From: Anaerolineae bacterium
GTDB taxonomy: Bacteria > Chloroflexota > Anaerolineae > Epilineales > JAANWY01
Length of the DNA: 62,140 bases
NCBI GenBank assembly: GCA_046758565.1
Contig: JBHIAO010000001.1
Span: forward strand, 1 to 62,140
Direction: 5' to 3'
This document shows, piece by piece, positions 28,283 through 39,814 of the stretch. Position numbers and translations under genes: made by a program. The notes beneath the pieces are model-generated. The model saw nothing but the letters and a program-made list of their open reading frames with translations. It was not told where the DNA came from and did not search any database. Each line of letters begins with the position of its first letter. The stretch's first letter is position 1.

Positions 28283-29704
28283 ATGCCTCGAACGAAGATC
28301 GTTTGCACGTTGGGTCCAGCGTGTGAGGACGAAGAGACACTGCGGCAGATGATTCGTGCCGGCATGGACGTCGCACGGCTCAACTTCTCCCATGATACTC
28401 ACGGGGCACACGCAAAACGACTTCGATTGGTCCGTCGCCTTGCCCAGGAAGAGGGCAAAGTGGTAGCCGTACTCCAGGACCTCCAGGGGCCCAAGCTTCG
28501 GGTGGGGCCCATCGATGGCGGACAGGTGACCCTAACGGCGGGTCAACGCTTCACCTTGACGACCAAGGACGTTCTTGGTGACAGCCGGCGGGTAACAGCG
28601 CCGTACGCGGGGTTGCCCGGCGATGTCAAGCCCGGCGATCGCATCCTGCTCGACGACGGTCGGATCGAGCTCCGGGTTCTGAAAACGAGCAAGACCGCGG
28701 TGGAGACCGAGGTGGTCACTGATGCCGTCTTGTCTGAGAGGAAGGGTGTCAATCTGCCTGGCGTGGACATCAGCCTGCCGTCACTGACCGCCAAGGATCG
28801 GGAAGACCTGGTGTTTGGTGTTGAGCACGGGGTCGACTATGTGGCGCTATCCTTCGTCCGCCAGGCGCGAGACATCCAGGACCTCCGTGATCTTATGGTG
28901 GCGATGGGAGCTAAGATTCCCATTATTGCCAAGATCGAGAAACCTGAAGCCCTCGACAACTTTTATGATATTCTGGCGGCCAGTGACGGAGTGATGGTCG
29001 CACGCGGTGATCTGGGGGTGGAAATGCCGGCCGAAGAGGTACCCGTCTACCAGAAAATGATTATCCGCGAGGCCAACCGGGTTGCTAAGTCGGTGATCAC
29101 TGCAACTCAAATGCTAGACTCTATGATGCGCAACCCGCGACCAACTCGAGCTGAGGCTAGTGACGTGGCCAACGCAATCTTTGATGGAACGGATGCCGTG
29201 ATGCTTTCTGGGGAGACGGCCATCGGCAGTTATCCGGTGGAAGCGGTGCGTACCATGGCCGCCATTGCCGAGACAACGGAGCGCAACCTGCCGTATGATG
29301 AATGGTTACGTCGCTCCAGGGAAACGGTCGCCGAATCGGTGACGGATGCTATAAGTCTGGCCGTCACCGCGATCGCGTCCGAATTGGACGCGGCCGCTAT
29401 CGTGGCATCCACATCATCTGGAACCACAGCACGGGCCGTGGCGCGGTACCGACCGAGGATGCCCATCATTGGGGTGACGCACAATACGCAGACTCAGTGC
29501 CGGCTTGCTCTCGTGTGGGGGGTACACCCACTTCTCATTCAGCGCACGATGACATCAGACGAGACGATGGGTCTAGCCATTGAAGCAGCCCAGGCGTCGG
29601 ATCTCGTGAAGGATGCTGATTTGTTGGTTATGTCGGCCGGCGTGCCACCGGGCGTGCCTGGACGCACCAACATGCTCCAGGTTCGCCGCGTCGGTGAGCA
29701 ATAA
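28283..29704 (+). CDS. pyk: pyruvate kinase
   Basis: MPRTKIVCTLGPA..., NFSHD, MVARGDLGVE, full length about 473 aa. The ORF-track version (27998) carries a spurious N-terminal extension overlapping the previous gene. Confidence 0.93.
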   Translation: MPRTKIVCTLGPACEDEETLRQMIRAGMDVARLNFSHDTHGAHAKRLRLVRRLAQEEGKVVAVLQDLQGPKLRVGPIDGGQVTLTAGQRFTLTTKDVLGDSRRVTAPYAGLPGDVKPGDRILLDDGRIELRVLKTSKTAVETEVVTDAVLSERKGVNLPGVDISLPSLTAKDREDLVFGVEHGVDYVALSFVRQARDIQDLRDLMVAMGAKIPIIAKIEKPEALDNFYDILAASDGVMVARGDLGVEMPAEEVPVYQKMIIREANRVAKSVITATQMLDSMMRNPRPTRAEASDVANAIFDGTDAVMLSGETAIGSYPVEAVRTMAAIAETTERNLPYDEWLRRSRETVAESVTDAISLAVTAIASELDAAAIVASTSSGTTARAVARYRPRMPIIGVTHNTQTQCRLALVWGVHPLLIQRTMTSDETMGLAIEAAQASDLVKDADLLVMSAGVPPGVPGRTNMLQVRRVGEQ

Positions 29705-29733
29705 CGCCTGCCCCTGATGGTGGAGGAGGTATC

Positions 29734-30534
29734 GTGACCGTGTCATCCCAAGAGGGTTTCAGGCGGACCTGGTTCCTGGGGGGGCTTTTTGTGGTGGCCA
29801 TAGTCCTTGTGATCACTGCTCTTTTCCTGCGGTTTCTGCGGACACCGGATGCCGGCCCCATCGAGACTGTTCCGACGGCCACAGTAACAACTGAAGCCGG
29901 ACTTGCAACGATGACTTCGCGACCGACGACGGTTGTTGAGGGTACGGCCTCACCTGTTCCGAGTGCGCGTCGTACCACTAGCGTCGAGCTGACCCCGTCA
30001 TCCACAGTGGAGCTGGCTACAACAGCGACCACTGTTGCCGAGGCGACAGTGACGCCGACAGCATCGCCGCTGGTGACGCCGCCAGGTGTGCCGGGCGGAG
30101 CTGGAGATACAGGAACCATCGAGGGCCAAATCGCGTTGCAGGGTCGGAACAATCGCGTAGGAATCACACTGCTGGTGGATGGTACGCCTATGGACACCAC
30201 CGATGCATCTGGTACGTTTCGCCTGAACGTGCCAGCCGGACGCTTCGCGGTGCGGGCCAGTTATCCGGGGCACATCGCAATCGAGGCGCCGGACGTGGAA
30301 GTGCGAGTTGGCGAAGTCACACGGCTGCCGGCCACGTCTTTGCCTGCTGGGGACGCAGACCGCGACGGAGATGTTGACCTATACGACATGGTGCGCTGTG
30401 CAATCGGTTTGGGACGACTGGTGCCTGCAACAGGCCCGCACGCTGATGTAAACGGCGATGGAGTCATCGATTTGCGTGACATAATCTTGACGCAGCGGAA
30501 CTACCGCGATGCCAGCCCCTTACCCTGGCAATAA
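29734..30534 (+). CDS. membrane-anchored or secreted protein with a carboxypeptidase-regulatory-like domain and a dockerin-type repeat pair
   Basis: GTG start after GGAGGAGG. N-terminal TM segment, Thr/Pro-rich linker, GTIEGQI...SGTFRLNVPAGRFAV, then DADRDGDVDLYD and DVNGDGVIDLRD calcium-binding repeats. Confidence 0.7.
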   Translation: MTVSSQEGFRRTWFLGGLFVVAIVLVITALFLRFLRTPDAGPIETVPTATVTTEAGLATMTSRPTTVVEGTASPVPSARRTTSVELTPSSTVELATTATTVAEATVTPTASPLVTPPGVPGGAGDTGTIEGQIALQGRNNRVGITLLVDGTPMDTTDASGTFRLNVPAGRFAVRASYPGHIAIEAPDVEVRVGEVTRLPATSLPAGDADRDGDVDLYDMVRCAIGLGRLVPATGPHADVNGDGVIDLRDIILTQRNYRDASPLPWQ

Positions 30535-30650
30535 GGAAAATGGAAAGGAGAGGATGGAAAAATGGAAAGGAGAGGATGGAGGATGGAAGGGGGAAGATGG
30601 AAGCGAAAACCTTTTCTCCATTCTCCATTTTCCGTTTTCCATTTTCCCTC
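30534..30650. repeat. GGAAAAT/GGAGAGG-family purine-rich hairpin
   Basis: The left arm ggaaaatggaaaggagaggatggaaaaatggaaaggagaggatgg... faces the right arm ttttctccattctccattttccgttttccattttccctc. Confidence 0.8.
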
Positions 30651-32478
30651 TGTCGCGCGATGGCTGTTGATCTTGCCTAGCGTTTTCGTCATCGCGCTCA
30701 CCCTTATCATGCTGTTGGGCATTTTCCTCTATCAGCGCAGTTACACCGGCCGCATTTATCGTGGTGTCAATGTTCTTGGGTGGGACGTCAGTGGCATGAC
30801 GCCGGCAGAGGCCGAAGCCCACCTACACGACAGGATCCGGTACTATGAGGACGCGCAACTGATCTTTCGGGACGGAAACGAGCTGTGGATCGCGACGCCA
30901 CAGGATTTGGGCGCCAATCTCGAAACCCACGCAGTGGTCGCTGAGGCATATGCTGTCGGCCGCACCAGTGATTTGCGGGGGAATCTTTGGCAGCAGGTGA
31001 ATGTTTACCAGAACGGATATATCGTGGTGCCTCGCACCGTCTTCGATCCCGTTCAAGCCCGCGCCTATGTCCAACGCATGGCAGAGGAGATCAATCTGCC
31101 GGCCCGAGATGCAGACGTTACGCTAAATGACCTGACCGCTGAGGTGACGCCCAGTCGGGTTGGCCGTCACTTGGACGTAGAGCCCGTGGTGTCGGCTATT
31201 CAGCAGCGTATCCTGCATCAGTCTCAGGAACCGATCGATCTCGGCGTACAGGTGGTTCAGCCGGCCATCGCTGACGCACCGGCTATCGCAGCTAAAGAGC
31301 GTATCGACCGGCTCTTGAGTGCGCCAATCGTCGTTCGTTATGGTGATCGCTCGTGGACCATCAGCCGTGAGATGCTGCGCGACTGGTTGGTCCTCGACAA
31401 GTCAACAGCCGGCGGTGAGCTGAAAGTCGAGTTGTACATCGATCCAGCGAAAGTCCGCGGTTGGGTGGAGCCCCTGGCCGCCGAGGTCTATCAACTTCCA
31501 GAGGATGCACGTCTAGATTTCGATCCTGATCCTTCGACAGGGCTCAGGACAGGCCCTTCGACAGGCTCAGGGCAGCGCACCGGGCAGATCCATGTCATCC
31601 ACATGAGCCGCGAAGGACGCGCGCTCGACATCGGCGCAACCGTTGACCGCATCGTGTCGGCAACCGAGAGTTCAGAGCGAACGGTCCCTCTGACCGTGAT
31701 TACTGAGAAGCCGGCTGTCGATGCTCGAGACGTTCTGGATATGGGCATCGTGGAGTTGGTTAGCCGGGCAACGACCTACTTCAAAGGTTCTCCGGCCGGT
31801 CGCATCAAGAATATCCAGATCTCCGCATCAAAGTTCAACGGTGTTGTAGTGCCGCCAGGCGAAGCCTTCTCGTTCAACCGGTATCTGGGAGATGTTAGCC
31901 AGGAAGAAGGTTACGAAGAAGCGTATATCATCACCGGTGATCGCACCACCGTCGGCATCGGCGGTGGCGTATGTCAGGTATCGACGACGGCATTTCGTGC
32001 AGCGTTCTTTGGCGGATTCCCGATTGTAGAGCGGTGGGCCCATGGCTACCGCGTGGGCTGGTACGAAACCAGTTCGATTCCTGGCCTGGACGCGACGATC
32101 TACTCGCCGTCGGTGGATTTCAAGTTTCGCAACGACACCGGGGCATATTTGCTGATCGAGACTGAGGTCGATGCGCGGGCCGGCACATTGACCTTCTACT
32201 TCTATGGCACCAGGCCCGCGCGAGAAGTCGACATCGAAGGTCCGGAGATTTCGAACGTGACGCCACCCAAGGATCCGGTCTACAGAGTCGATGAGGATCT
32301 GCCACCCGGTACGATCAAGCAGATCGACTGGGCGAATGAGGGCTCCGATGTCGTCGTGTATCGAATCATCAAGAAGGATGGTAACGTCGTCTCTCGTGAG
32401 CGATTCGAGAGTCACTACCAGCCATGGGCTGATGTGTACCTGGTCGGGCCGGACACGAACGTTCCCGATCAGGATTAG
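30562..32478 (+). CDS. VanW-family protein (start uncertain)
   Basis: TM anchor (LLILPSVFVIALTLIMLLGIFL), PG_binding_4-like region, VanW core (..GGGVCQVSTTAFRAAFFGGFPIVER..H) and a G5-like C-terminus. The first 30 or so codons of the ORF-track model are a translation of the hairpin repeat. The real start is probably near 30660-30670. Confidence 0.8.
   Translation: MERRGWRMEGGRWKRKPFLHSPFSVFHFPSVARWLLILPSVFVIALTLIMLLGIFLYQRSYTGRIYRGVNVLGWDVSGMTPAEAEAHLHDRIRYYEDAQLIFRDGNELWIATPQDLGANLETHAVVAEAYAVGRTSDLRGNLWQQVNVYQNGYIVVPRTVFDPVQARAYVQRMAEEINLPARDADVTLNDLTAEVTPSRVGRHLDVEPVVSAIQQRILHQSQEPIDLGVQVVQPAIADAPAIAAKERIDRLLSAPIVVRYGDRSWTISREMLRDWLVLDKSTAGGELKVELYIDPAKVRGWVEPLAAEVYQLPEDARLDFDPDPSTGLRTGPSTGSGQRTGQIHVIHMSREGRALDIGATVDRIVSATESSERTVPLTVITEKPAVDARDVLDMGIVELVSRATTYFKGSPAGRIKNIQISASKFNGVVVPPGEAFSFNRYLGDVSQEEGYEEAYIITGDRTTVGIGGGVCQVSTTAFRAAFFGGFPIVERWAHGYRVGWYETSSIPGLDATIYSPSVDFKFRNDTGAYLLIETEVDARAGTLTFYFYGTRPAREVDIEGPEISNVTPPKDPVYRVDEDLPPGTIKQIDWANEGSDVVVYRIIKKDGNVVSRERFESHYQPWADVYLVGPDTNVPDQD
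31531..31575. repeat. two tandem copies of the 22-nt motif CCCTTCGAC-N2/3-GCTCAGGRCA inside the VanW gene
   Basis: ccttcgacagggctcaggacagg followed by cccttcgacaggctcagggcag, read as PSTGLRTGPSTGSGQ. Confidence 0.8.
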
Positions 32479-32517
32479 CCATCTAGTGCGTTCAGACCCT
32501 TCGAGGTTGTCAAAACC

Positions 32518-33453
32518 CTAAAGCTCTCGCTTACCAGCCCATCCTGCCTTGACGAACATCCAGGGTGCGAGGAAGGTTCCCCACAACCCAACAATACCAT
32601 AGCGCAGGAAGTGAAAGGCATTCGCGTCGGGCATAACTGTCTTTAAGCCGATCCACAGTGCAGCCAAGACAGTGCCTCCTACGATGACTTTGGCAATCTG
32701 CCGGGCCCACGACGTTTGCGGATTGAAGTGGACCAACTGACGCTCCAGCAAGTAGCCGATCGCCAATCCCAACAAGGCTCCCATCGCCCGCGCTGTATCG
32801 GGTACTGGATGTGCACTCGCAAATGTGACGGGTGCTAGGAGCGCAGCCGCCCACGTCATGGCTGGTGACACCTCCGCGCTGTCCAGCCACTGCAAAGCGA
32901 GAAGGGAAACCGCCAGCATGACGATCCCGACGATCCATCCGCCGACCACGTCCTGCGGGTAGTGGACACCTATGAAAACCCGTGACATGCCAACAACCAG
33001 CGCGATCAGCCCGGCGATGCCCCACCCGATCCTACCACCTGTCGATGCCAGGTAGCCCCAGATGATTATGTTGTTCTGGGCATGGCCACTGGGCATGCCG
33101 AACCCTTCTTCCGCTACTACCTGGCGAACCTGGCCGGCCGGCGGGCGAGGCCAGCCCAGAGCGTCCTTCAAGGCGGTATTGAGGTAGACGGACAGCAACA
33201 GGAGAACCGCGAGACGGATACCTGTTCGTTTGTCAATGCACCAGAACACCAGCGGGACCAGGATCAGAACGAACTCCTTGTCCCCCAGGAATGTGATCAG
33301 CCGAAACACAGTGTCTATGATGGCGCTGTTGTGCGACTGTGCCAACCGTATGGTCTCAATACCCCAGCGCGCCCAAGGCTCTGGCATGTTACCTCTGGTG
33401 TATGGAATTTCAGCGTGATGATCTCGCGGCTCCTCACTGGTACGCGCACCCAT
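32518..33453 (-). CDS. PAP2-family phosphatase (membrane)
   Basis: KDALGWPRP, PSGH and SRVFIGVHYPQD are the three PAP2 motifs. The start is uncertain (Met at 33387 is likelier). The model overlaps the tail of the GH38 ORF. Confidence 0.8.
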   Translation of the reverse strand: MGARTSEEPRDHHAEIPYTRGNMPEPWARWGIETIRLAQSHNSAIIDTVFRLITFLGDKEFVLILVPLVFWCIDKRTGIRLAVLLLLSVYLNTALKDALGWPRPPAGQVRQVVAEEGFGMPSGHAQNNIIIWGYLASTGGRIGWGIAGLIALVVGMSRVFIGVHYPQDVVGGWIVGIVMLAVSLLALQWLDSAEVSPAMTWAAALLAPVTFASAHPVPDTARAMGALLGLAIGYLLERQLVHFNPQTSWARQIAKVIVGGTVLAALWIGLKTVMPDANAFHFLRYGIVGLWGTFLAPWMFVKAGWAGKREL

Positions 33454-36089
33454 CCGCCGGCGTCGGACTCCAGGCTCTCTATGGGTTCCTCAGCCAGGTT
33501 GACGCGGAAGACGGAGCGGGCCGGCCCATTAAGCCGCACATGTGCCTCGACGGGCTCTGTGCCGATGTTGTAGCCACGCACAATCACGCCATCGCCGGCC
33601 TCGGCCGTCTTGACAGCCGTGACCACGAAGCTCGCTGGCTCAACTTCGAGCAGGGTGCTGGTCGACGGAAGTGGACCCGTACTGACGCCCGTCGTGACGG
33701 CCTGGAAGGGCGCGTTGAACGCGTGTGCCTGGGCGAAAGCCGTCTGCCAGTCGCCGGCATGGGGGATCAGCGAATATTCAAAGGTGTTTTTGCCCAGGCA
33801 TTGAGCTTCCGGAGTCGCAAGGAATGGGCCAGCGTGGCCCTCGCGGCATGGAAAATCGTCCCGCGACAACCAACCCACACACCGGAGCAGCGTGATCGCA
33901 ATCGTGCTGCCCGATGGACGCTCGATAACTTCATATTCCGGCAATCCACGGTTCGCTACCATCAATCCGACATCGCCATCAGTGACATCCACAAAGATGC
34001 TCTGGGGGTGGGTACCCACCGGCTGTTCGACCCAGTCGGACGTGTCCTGGGGTAGGTCGATGGACCGCTCAACGACATCGAACTGGCTCTCGGCCGCGTT
34101 GTGGTCGGTCTGAACTGGTGTGGGGAATTGCACCCCTAACCGGTGGTCCCTGGCACGGTTGTCCACCGTGGTCTGAACGTCGATGCGCGGTACGCCGGGC
34201 GACAAGCTGACTGTGGTCGTAATGGGGACTTCGACAAGCTCCTGGCTGCGCGCTTGTCGGTCCTCGGTCAGGGCCGCCGGCAACCGGTAGGTCATCGCGA
34301 TGCGCACGGACTGGCGCGCTGGCCCCCCCGTGTGGCTGATTCTGGGCGGCTGTGCCGGCGTATCGACCACGAGATGCTCTGCTGGCGGGCAGTAGTTGTA
34401 CTCATCCCCTCGATCACCGCCATCGACAAACCGATTCAGGCCTCGGAAAACGGCACCCGTCTGCTTGTCAACAACCGTCAACGTACCGTCAGTTGCATCA
34501 ACTTGCACCTTAAAAAACTCATTCTCAAGTGTCGTCTTCCCTGCCGGACCTACAGTCTTAGTTCCCCTTAGTTCCTCTAAGTTCCCCTGAGTTCCCCTCC
34601 TATTAGTTCCCCTAAGTTCCCCCGAGTTCCGCTTAGTTCCCATTTTCTTCAGCGCAAACGTCCGATACCCATGACCTGGGACATCCGCCGCCACGAACTG
34701 TACGTGCTTCTCAGGCACCTCCGTTGGAAGCGGCCGGCCATGTTCGTCGACGACGGTCCACGGGCCGTTACCAGCCGGGAGCGGCATCTCAACCGTCACG
34801 ATGTCGGTACGCGGGCCGGCCGCCGGGTTGAAGACGACGATCGGGATGCCCGCGTCGAAGGCCGTGGTATTGACCTTGCCGGCGATGGTCGCCAGACTTT
34901 CTGCTGTCACTGCTTTGGCAATCTGCTCGGCCCAGTCAAACCGCGCCACCATTTCGCGGTGCACCTGATCGACGCTGCAGCCGCAGATGCTGTCGTGCGG
35001 ATGGTTCTCGACTAGGTAGCGCCACGCCTGCCACACCTGAGCACCACGATCGGGACCGCCCAACATCCACGCCCACGCGCTGAACGGCTCCGCCCAGCGT
35101 TCCAGTAACGTCTCCAGGGCGTGGTTGCGCTGCTTAATCCACATCCGCGTGGATAGAACACCGGGTAGGAGGTGGTGGCGCCTGGGAGAGCGCAGCTCAC
35201 CCTGAACGATGGGGACGGTTGAAGGTGGAGGGTATGAACCTCCGACCTTCAACCCTTCATCTGGCTCAGGACGCTGCCCAGCACCTTCAACCGCTGATGG
35301 GTCGAGTCCCAAGCCGTGGCGGACGGTGGCGATGAATTGAGGCAATGTGCTATGAATCAACTGGATGCCGTCCAACTGGCGGTTTGCGTACGCGATTAAC
35401 GTCGGCAGTTCGCGCATAGGCGGCATGTGATCGGTGCCGTTCATGAGAAGAACGTAGGGCGACTCGGTGTGCGGTGCGAGGCTGTCCACGCGGTCGCGGA
35501 TGGCAGCGCTGAACTCGTCTGGGTCGCTTGGCAGCGAAGCTGCGTTGTCATACCCATCGCGTAGATAGACGACGAACACCTGAGTGCCATCAGCGGCAGC
35601 CCAGCGCAAGAGTGCGGGCTCGTCGGCCAGGCCCCGCCGGAAGACAGCGGTGTCGATGCCGAAGCCGGCCAGGATTTGGGGGAGCTGCGAGATGTGGCCG
35701 AAGGGGTCCGGCACATAGCCGACCTTCATCATTGGGCCGAATCGCCGGCAGACACGCTGGCCCAGCATCAGATTTCGAATCGTGGCCTCGCCACTGACCA
35801 GGAACTCGTCGGGCAGGATATACCACGGGCCGATGAGCAGGCGGCCGGCCAGGACGTGCAGGCGAAGCTCATCCTCGCGCTCCGGTCGAACCGCCAGATA
35901 GTCTTCCAGGATGATGGCCTGACCATCAAGCGTGAAGAAGCGATAGTCGGTATTCTCGGCCAGGATGTCCAGCAGGTCGTCGATCAGGTCGACCAGCTTG
36001 AGTCGGAATTCTTGAAATGGGAGGTACCATTCACGGTCCCAGTGGGTGTGCGATACGATGTGAGCAGTGAGGCTCATCGTGAAGACCAA
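33315..36089 (-). CDS. GH38 alpha-mannosidase (mannosylglycerate hydrolase-like)
   Basis: 924 aa. N-terminal HTHWDREWY metal-binding motif, then the GH38 central and C-terminal beta domains. Confidence 0.88.
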   Translation of the reverse strand: MVFTMSLTAHIVSHTHWDREWYLPFQEFRLKLVDLIDDLLDILAENTDYRFFTLDGQAIILEDYLAVRPEREDELRLHVLAGRLLIGPWYILPDEFLVSGEATIRNLMLGQRVCRRFGPMMKVGYVPDPFGHISQLPQILAGFGIDTAVFRRGLADEPALLRWAAADGTQVFVVYLRDGYDNAASLPSDPDEFSAAIRDRVDSLAPHTESPYVLLMNGTDHMPPMRELPTLIAYANRQLDGIQLIHSTLPQFIATVRHGLGLDPSAVEGAGQRPEPDEGLKVGGSYPPPSTVPIVQGELRSPRRHHLLPGVLSTRMWIKQRNHALETLLERWAEPFSAWAWMLGGPDRGAQVWQAWRYLVENHPHDSICGCSVDQVHREMVARFDWAEQIAKAVTAESLATIAGKVNTTAFDAGIPIVVFNPAAGPRTDIVTVEMPLPAGNGPWTVVDEHGRPLPTEVPEKHVQFVAADVPGHGYRTFALKKMGTKRNSGELRGTNRRGTQGNLEELRGTKTVGPAGKTTLENEFFKVQVDATDGTLTVVDKQTGAVFRGLNRFVDGGDRGDEYNYCPPAEHLVVDTPAQPPRISHTGGPARQSVRIAMTYRLPAALTEDRQARSQELVEVPITTTVSLSPGVPRIDVQTTVDNRARDHRLGVQFPTPVQTDHNAAESQFDVVERSIDLPQDTSDWVEQPVGTHPQSIFVDVTDGDVGLMVANRGLPEYEVIERPSGSTIAITLLRCVGWLSRDDFPCREGHAGPFLATPEAQCLGKNTFEYSLIPHAGDWQTAFAQAHAFNAPFQAVTTGVSTGPLPSTSTLLEVEPASFVVTAVKTAEAGDGVIVRGYNIGTEPVEAHVRLNGPARSVFRVNLAEEPIESLESDAGGWVRVPVRSREIITLKFHTPEVTCQSLGRAGVLRPYGWHSRTTAPS
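34557..34641. repeat. GGGGAACT-family array (single orientation, about 8 units) inside the GH38 gene
   Basis: cttagttcccc ttagttcctc taagttcccc tgagttcccc ... ttagttccc, translated in frame on the minus strand as GTKRNSGELRGTNRRGTQGNLEELRGTKT. Confidence 0.85.
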
Positions 36090-36091
36090 AG

Positions 36092-36129
36092 GCGGTGTTG
36101 GGAATACCGGTCAGCGTTCCCAACACCGC
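36092..36129 (-). terminator. hairpin terminator after groEL
   Basis: 13-bp perfect stem, GCGGTGTTGGGAA (36092-36104) with TTCCCAACACCGC (36117-36129). On the minus strand it is followed by CTTTGGTCTTC. Confidence 0.55.
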
Positions 36130-36158
36130 TCTCCTGGTGCGATGTTCAGGGGTTGTGA

Positions 36159-37793
<1,635 letters not shown>

Positions 37794-37821
37794 TTAGGTT
37801 TCCTCCTTGATGGGTAGTTGA

Positions 37822-38118
37822 TTAGCCCTCAATCTTGGCGAGGATATCACTCTCGCGCAAAATGAGGAGTTTCTGGTCGTTGATTTTGAACTCAGTGCCG
37901 GCATACTTGGCGTAGATAACCCGGTCGCCTTCGGCAACGTCCATGGGATTGCGACTGCCGTCATCCCGCACCTGACCAGGCCCAACCGCGATGACTTTGC
38001 CTTCCTGCGGCTTTTCCTTGGCCGTCTCTGGCACGTAGATTCCGCCGGCCGTCATTTCTTCCTGTTCGATCGGCTCAACAATGATGCGATCGCCCAGGGG
38101 GCGAAGTGTCTTAGCCAT
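37822..38118 (-). CDS. groES: co-chaperonin GroES
   Basis: 98 aa. [12 protein letters not shown]...[24 protein letters not shown]. Confidence 0.97.
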   Translation of the reverse strand: MAKTLRPLGDRIIVEPIEQEEMTAGGIYVPETAKEKPQEGKVIAVGPGQVRDDGSRNPMDVAEGDRVIYAKYAGTEFKINDQKLLILRESDILAKIEG

Positions 38119-38222
38119 CGAGAAAAAACCTCCTTAGCATAGAACTGATACGATTTGGGTGTGGTTCAAAAGCCCCCGAAACTCGGGTGAACCATGTAGT
38201 AGGTTGGTGAACACGCAAAATA

Positions 38223-38249
38223 TTAGCACTCTACCGATGAGAGTGCCAA
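38223..38249. promoter_or_regulatory. CIRCE operator (HrcA binding site)
   Basis: TTAGCACTC-taccgatga-GAGTGCCAA, one mismatch from the TTAGCACTC-N9-GAGTGCTAA consensus. It sits just downstream of the groES -10. Confidence 0.9.
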
Positions 38250-38259
38250 TGGCGGGGAT

Positions 38260-38288
38260 ATTATACTCAAAACGCAGGAGAAATGCAA
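38260..38288 (-). promoter_or_regulatory. groES-groEL promoter
   Basis: The minus strand reads TTGCAT (38288-38283), 17 nt, TATAAT (38265-38260). Confidence 0.65.
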
Positions 38289-38290
38289 GT

Positions 38291-38372
38291 TCAGTAATCA
38301 GTAACCAGTGATCAGTAAACAGTAATCAGAATCTATTACTGTTTACTGATCACTGGTTACTGGTCACTGATT
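38291..38372. repeat. CAGTRAW-family heptamer hairpin between the TPR gene end and the groES promoter
   Basis: tcagtaatcagtaaccagtgatcagtaaacagtaatcag, loop aatct, then attactgtttactgatcactggttactggtcactgatt. The complement is nearly perfect. Confidence 0.9.
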
Positions 38373-38374
38373 GT

Positions 38375-39511
38375 CTACTCCTGTCCACACAACTGCATGC
38401 CCTGGTGGGCTGGCTGGGAGTTAGGATCGATCTCCAGGGCTTTCTCGAGCCAGGGGATCGCATCTTCGCACTGGTCGATGAGGGCATACGACAGGCCGAT
38501 TTCGTAGTAGTATTCCACTGAATCGGCGCCCAGGTCCAGGGCTTTCTTGAATTGGTCTATAGCCTCTTCATACTGGCGCTGGGCGTACAAGACCCACCCC
38601 AGGTGCCCGTAGGGGAGTGCATAGTCGGGGTTGGCTTCGATGGCTTTCTGATATTCGGCGGCGGCTCGCTCAAACTCCTGGTTGGTGTAGTAGATCAAGC
38701 CGAGTTGATCGTAGGGCGCCGGATCGTTCGGGTCTACGGCCGTGGCTCTTTCAACCTCAACGATGGCGCCTTGGGTGTCGCCGAGTATACGCAGATTGCG
38801 GGCGACATCCAGGTATACGTAGCTGAGATTGGGCTGCAGCGAGATAGCCTGGCGATAGGCGTCGATGGCTCCCTGGTAGTCGCCCTGAGCTTCACGGACA
38901 TAGCCCAGATTGCGCTGGGCCACGAAGTTGTCAGGGTCAAGCTCAATTGCCTGCTGTGCGCTTTCCATAGATTGCTTCCAGCGTCCTTTGTCGGCATATG
39001 CCTCGGCCAGGTAGGCCAATGCCGGCACATGTTGGTCATTCAGATCGAGGGCTCTCAGCGCGGCTTCGATAGCCGCATCAGGCTGGCCGGCCCAGTCCAG
39101 AGCCATTGCCAGGGTTGCGTGCGTATCGGGGTTGTCTGGGGCGATTTCAGTGGCCCGTCGAGCCGTCTTGACCGCCTCGTCGTAGCTGCGCCGGATTGTC
39201 AGCAGATGCGCAAGCCGGGTGAGGGCGGTGACGTTTTCCGGGTTGATCTCCAAAGCGGCACGGTATTCTGCGATTGCCGTGTCGACGTCACCCTGGTCCA
39301 AGGCCTGGTTGGCGGCGATGAGATGCTCTGCAGCGAGTTCCACGGCTGAGTCAACCGGACCCGGCGCTGTCTGCTCCCGGAACCGTCGGAAACGGGCAGG
39401 GAGTCGATCAGTGGGCAGAAGACCGGTGTAGTAGCCGGCTCCGAGGCCGATGATGGCGAGCACGATCAACCAGGGCCATCGTCGCCGGCGGCGCTCCGGT
39501 CGAATGTACAT
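38375..39511 (-). CDS. TPR-repeat protein with an N-terminal membrane anchor
   Basis: 378 aa. RRRRRWPWLIVLAIIGLGAGYY anchor followed by about 8 TPR units (AIxxYxxALxxxPxN pattern). Confidence 0.8.
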   Translation of the reverse strand: MYIRPERRRRRWPWLIVLAIIGLGAGYYTGLLPTDRLPARFRRFREQTAPGPVDSAVELAAEHLIAANQALDQGDVDTAIAEYRAALEINPENVTALTRLAHLLTIRRSYDEAVKTARRATEIAPDNPDTHATLAMALDWAGQPDAAIEAALRALDLNDQHVPALAYLAEAYADKGRWKQSMESAQQAIELDPDNFVAQRNLGYVREAQGDYQGAIDAYRQAISLQPNLSYVYLDVARNLRILGDTQGAIVEVERATAVDPNDPAPYDQLGLIYYTNQEFERAAAEYQKAIEANPDYALPYGHLGWVLYAQRQYEEAIDQFKKALDLGADSVEYYYEIGLSYALIDQCEDAIPWLEKALEIDPNSQPAHQGMQLCGQE

Positions 39512-39619
39512 GAAGTCCTCTCCCGAAGATGGCCGTGTACAGTCACGTTTGACAGTTGCCGGAATTAATTATAGCACGCCGCCCAACCGCGGTAAAGTTT
39601 ACTTGGGAGAGATGGGCTT

Positions 39620-39711
<92 letters not shown>

Positions 39712-39814
39712 AGGAATGTGACCTTGAATCTTTCACCGAGGTCTGGTATCATCATTTTTGGCTGCTTTTCTGACATCGGACAGTACAGATTCGACGGATC
39801 GAGGCGACAGTCAC

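Noticed and set aside
30562-30660. MERRGWRMEGGRWKRKPFLHSPFSVFHF as a genuine N-terminus of the VanW protein.
   Set aside because: It is simply the translation of both arms of the purine-rich hairpin. The membrane anchor that follows is the likely true N-terminal region.
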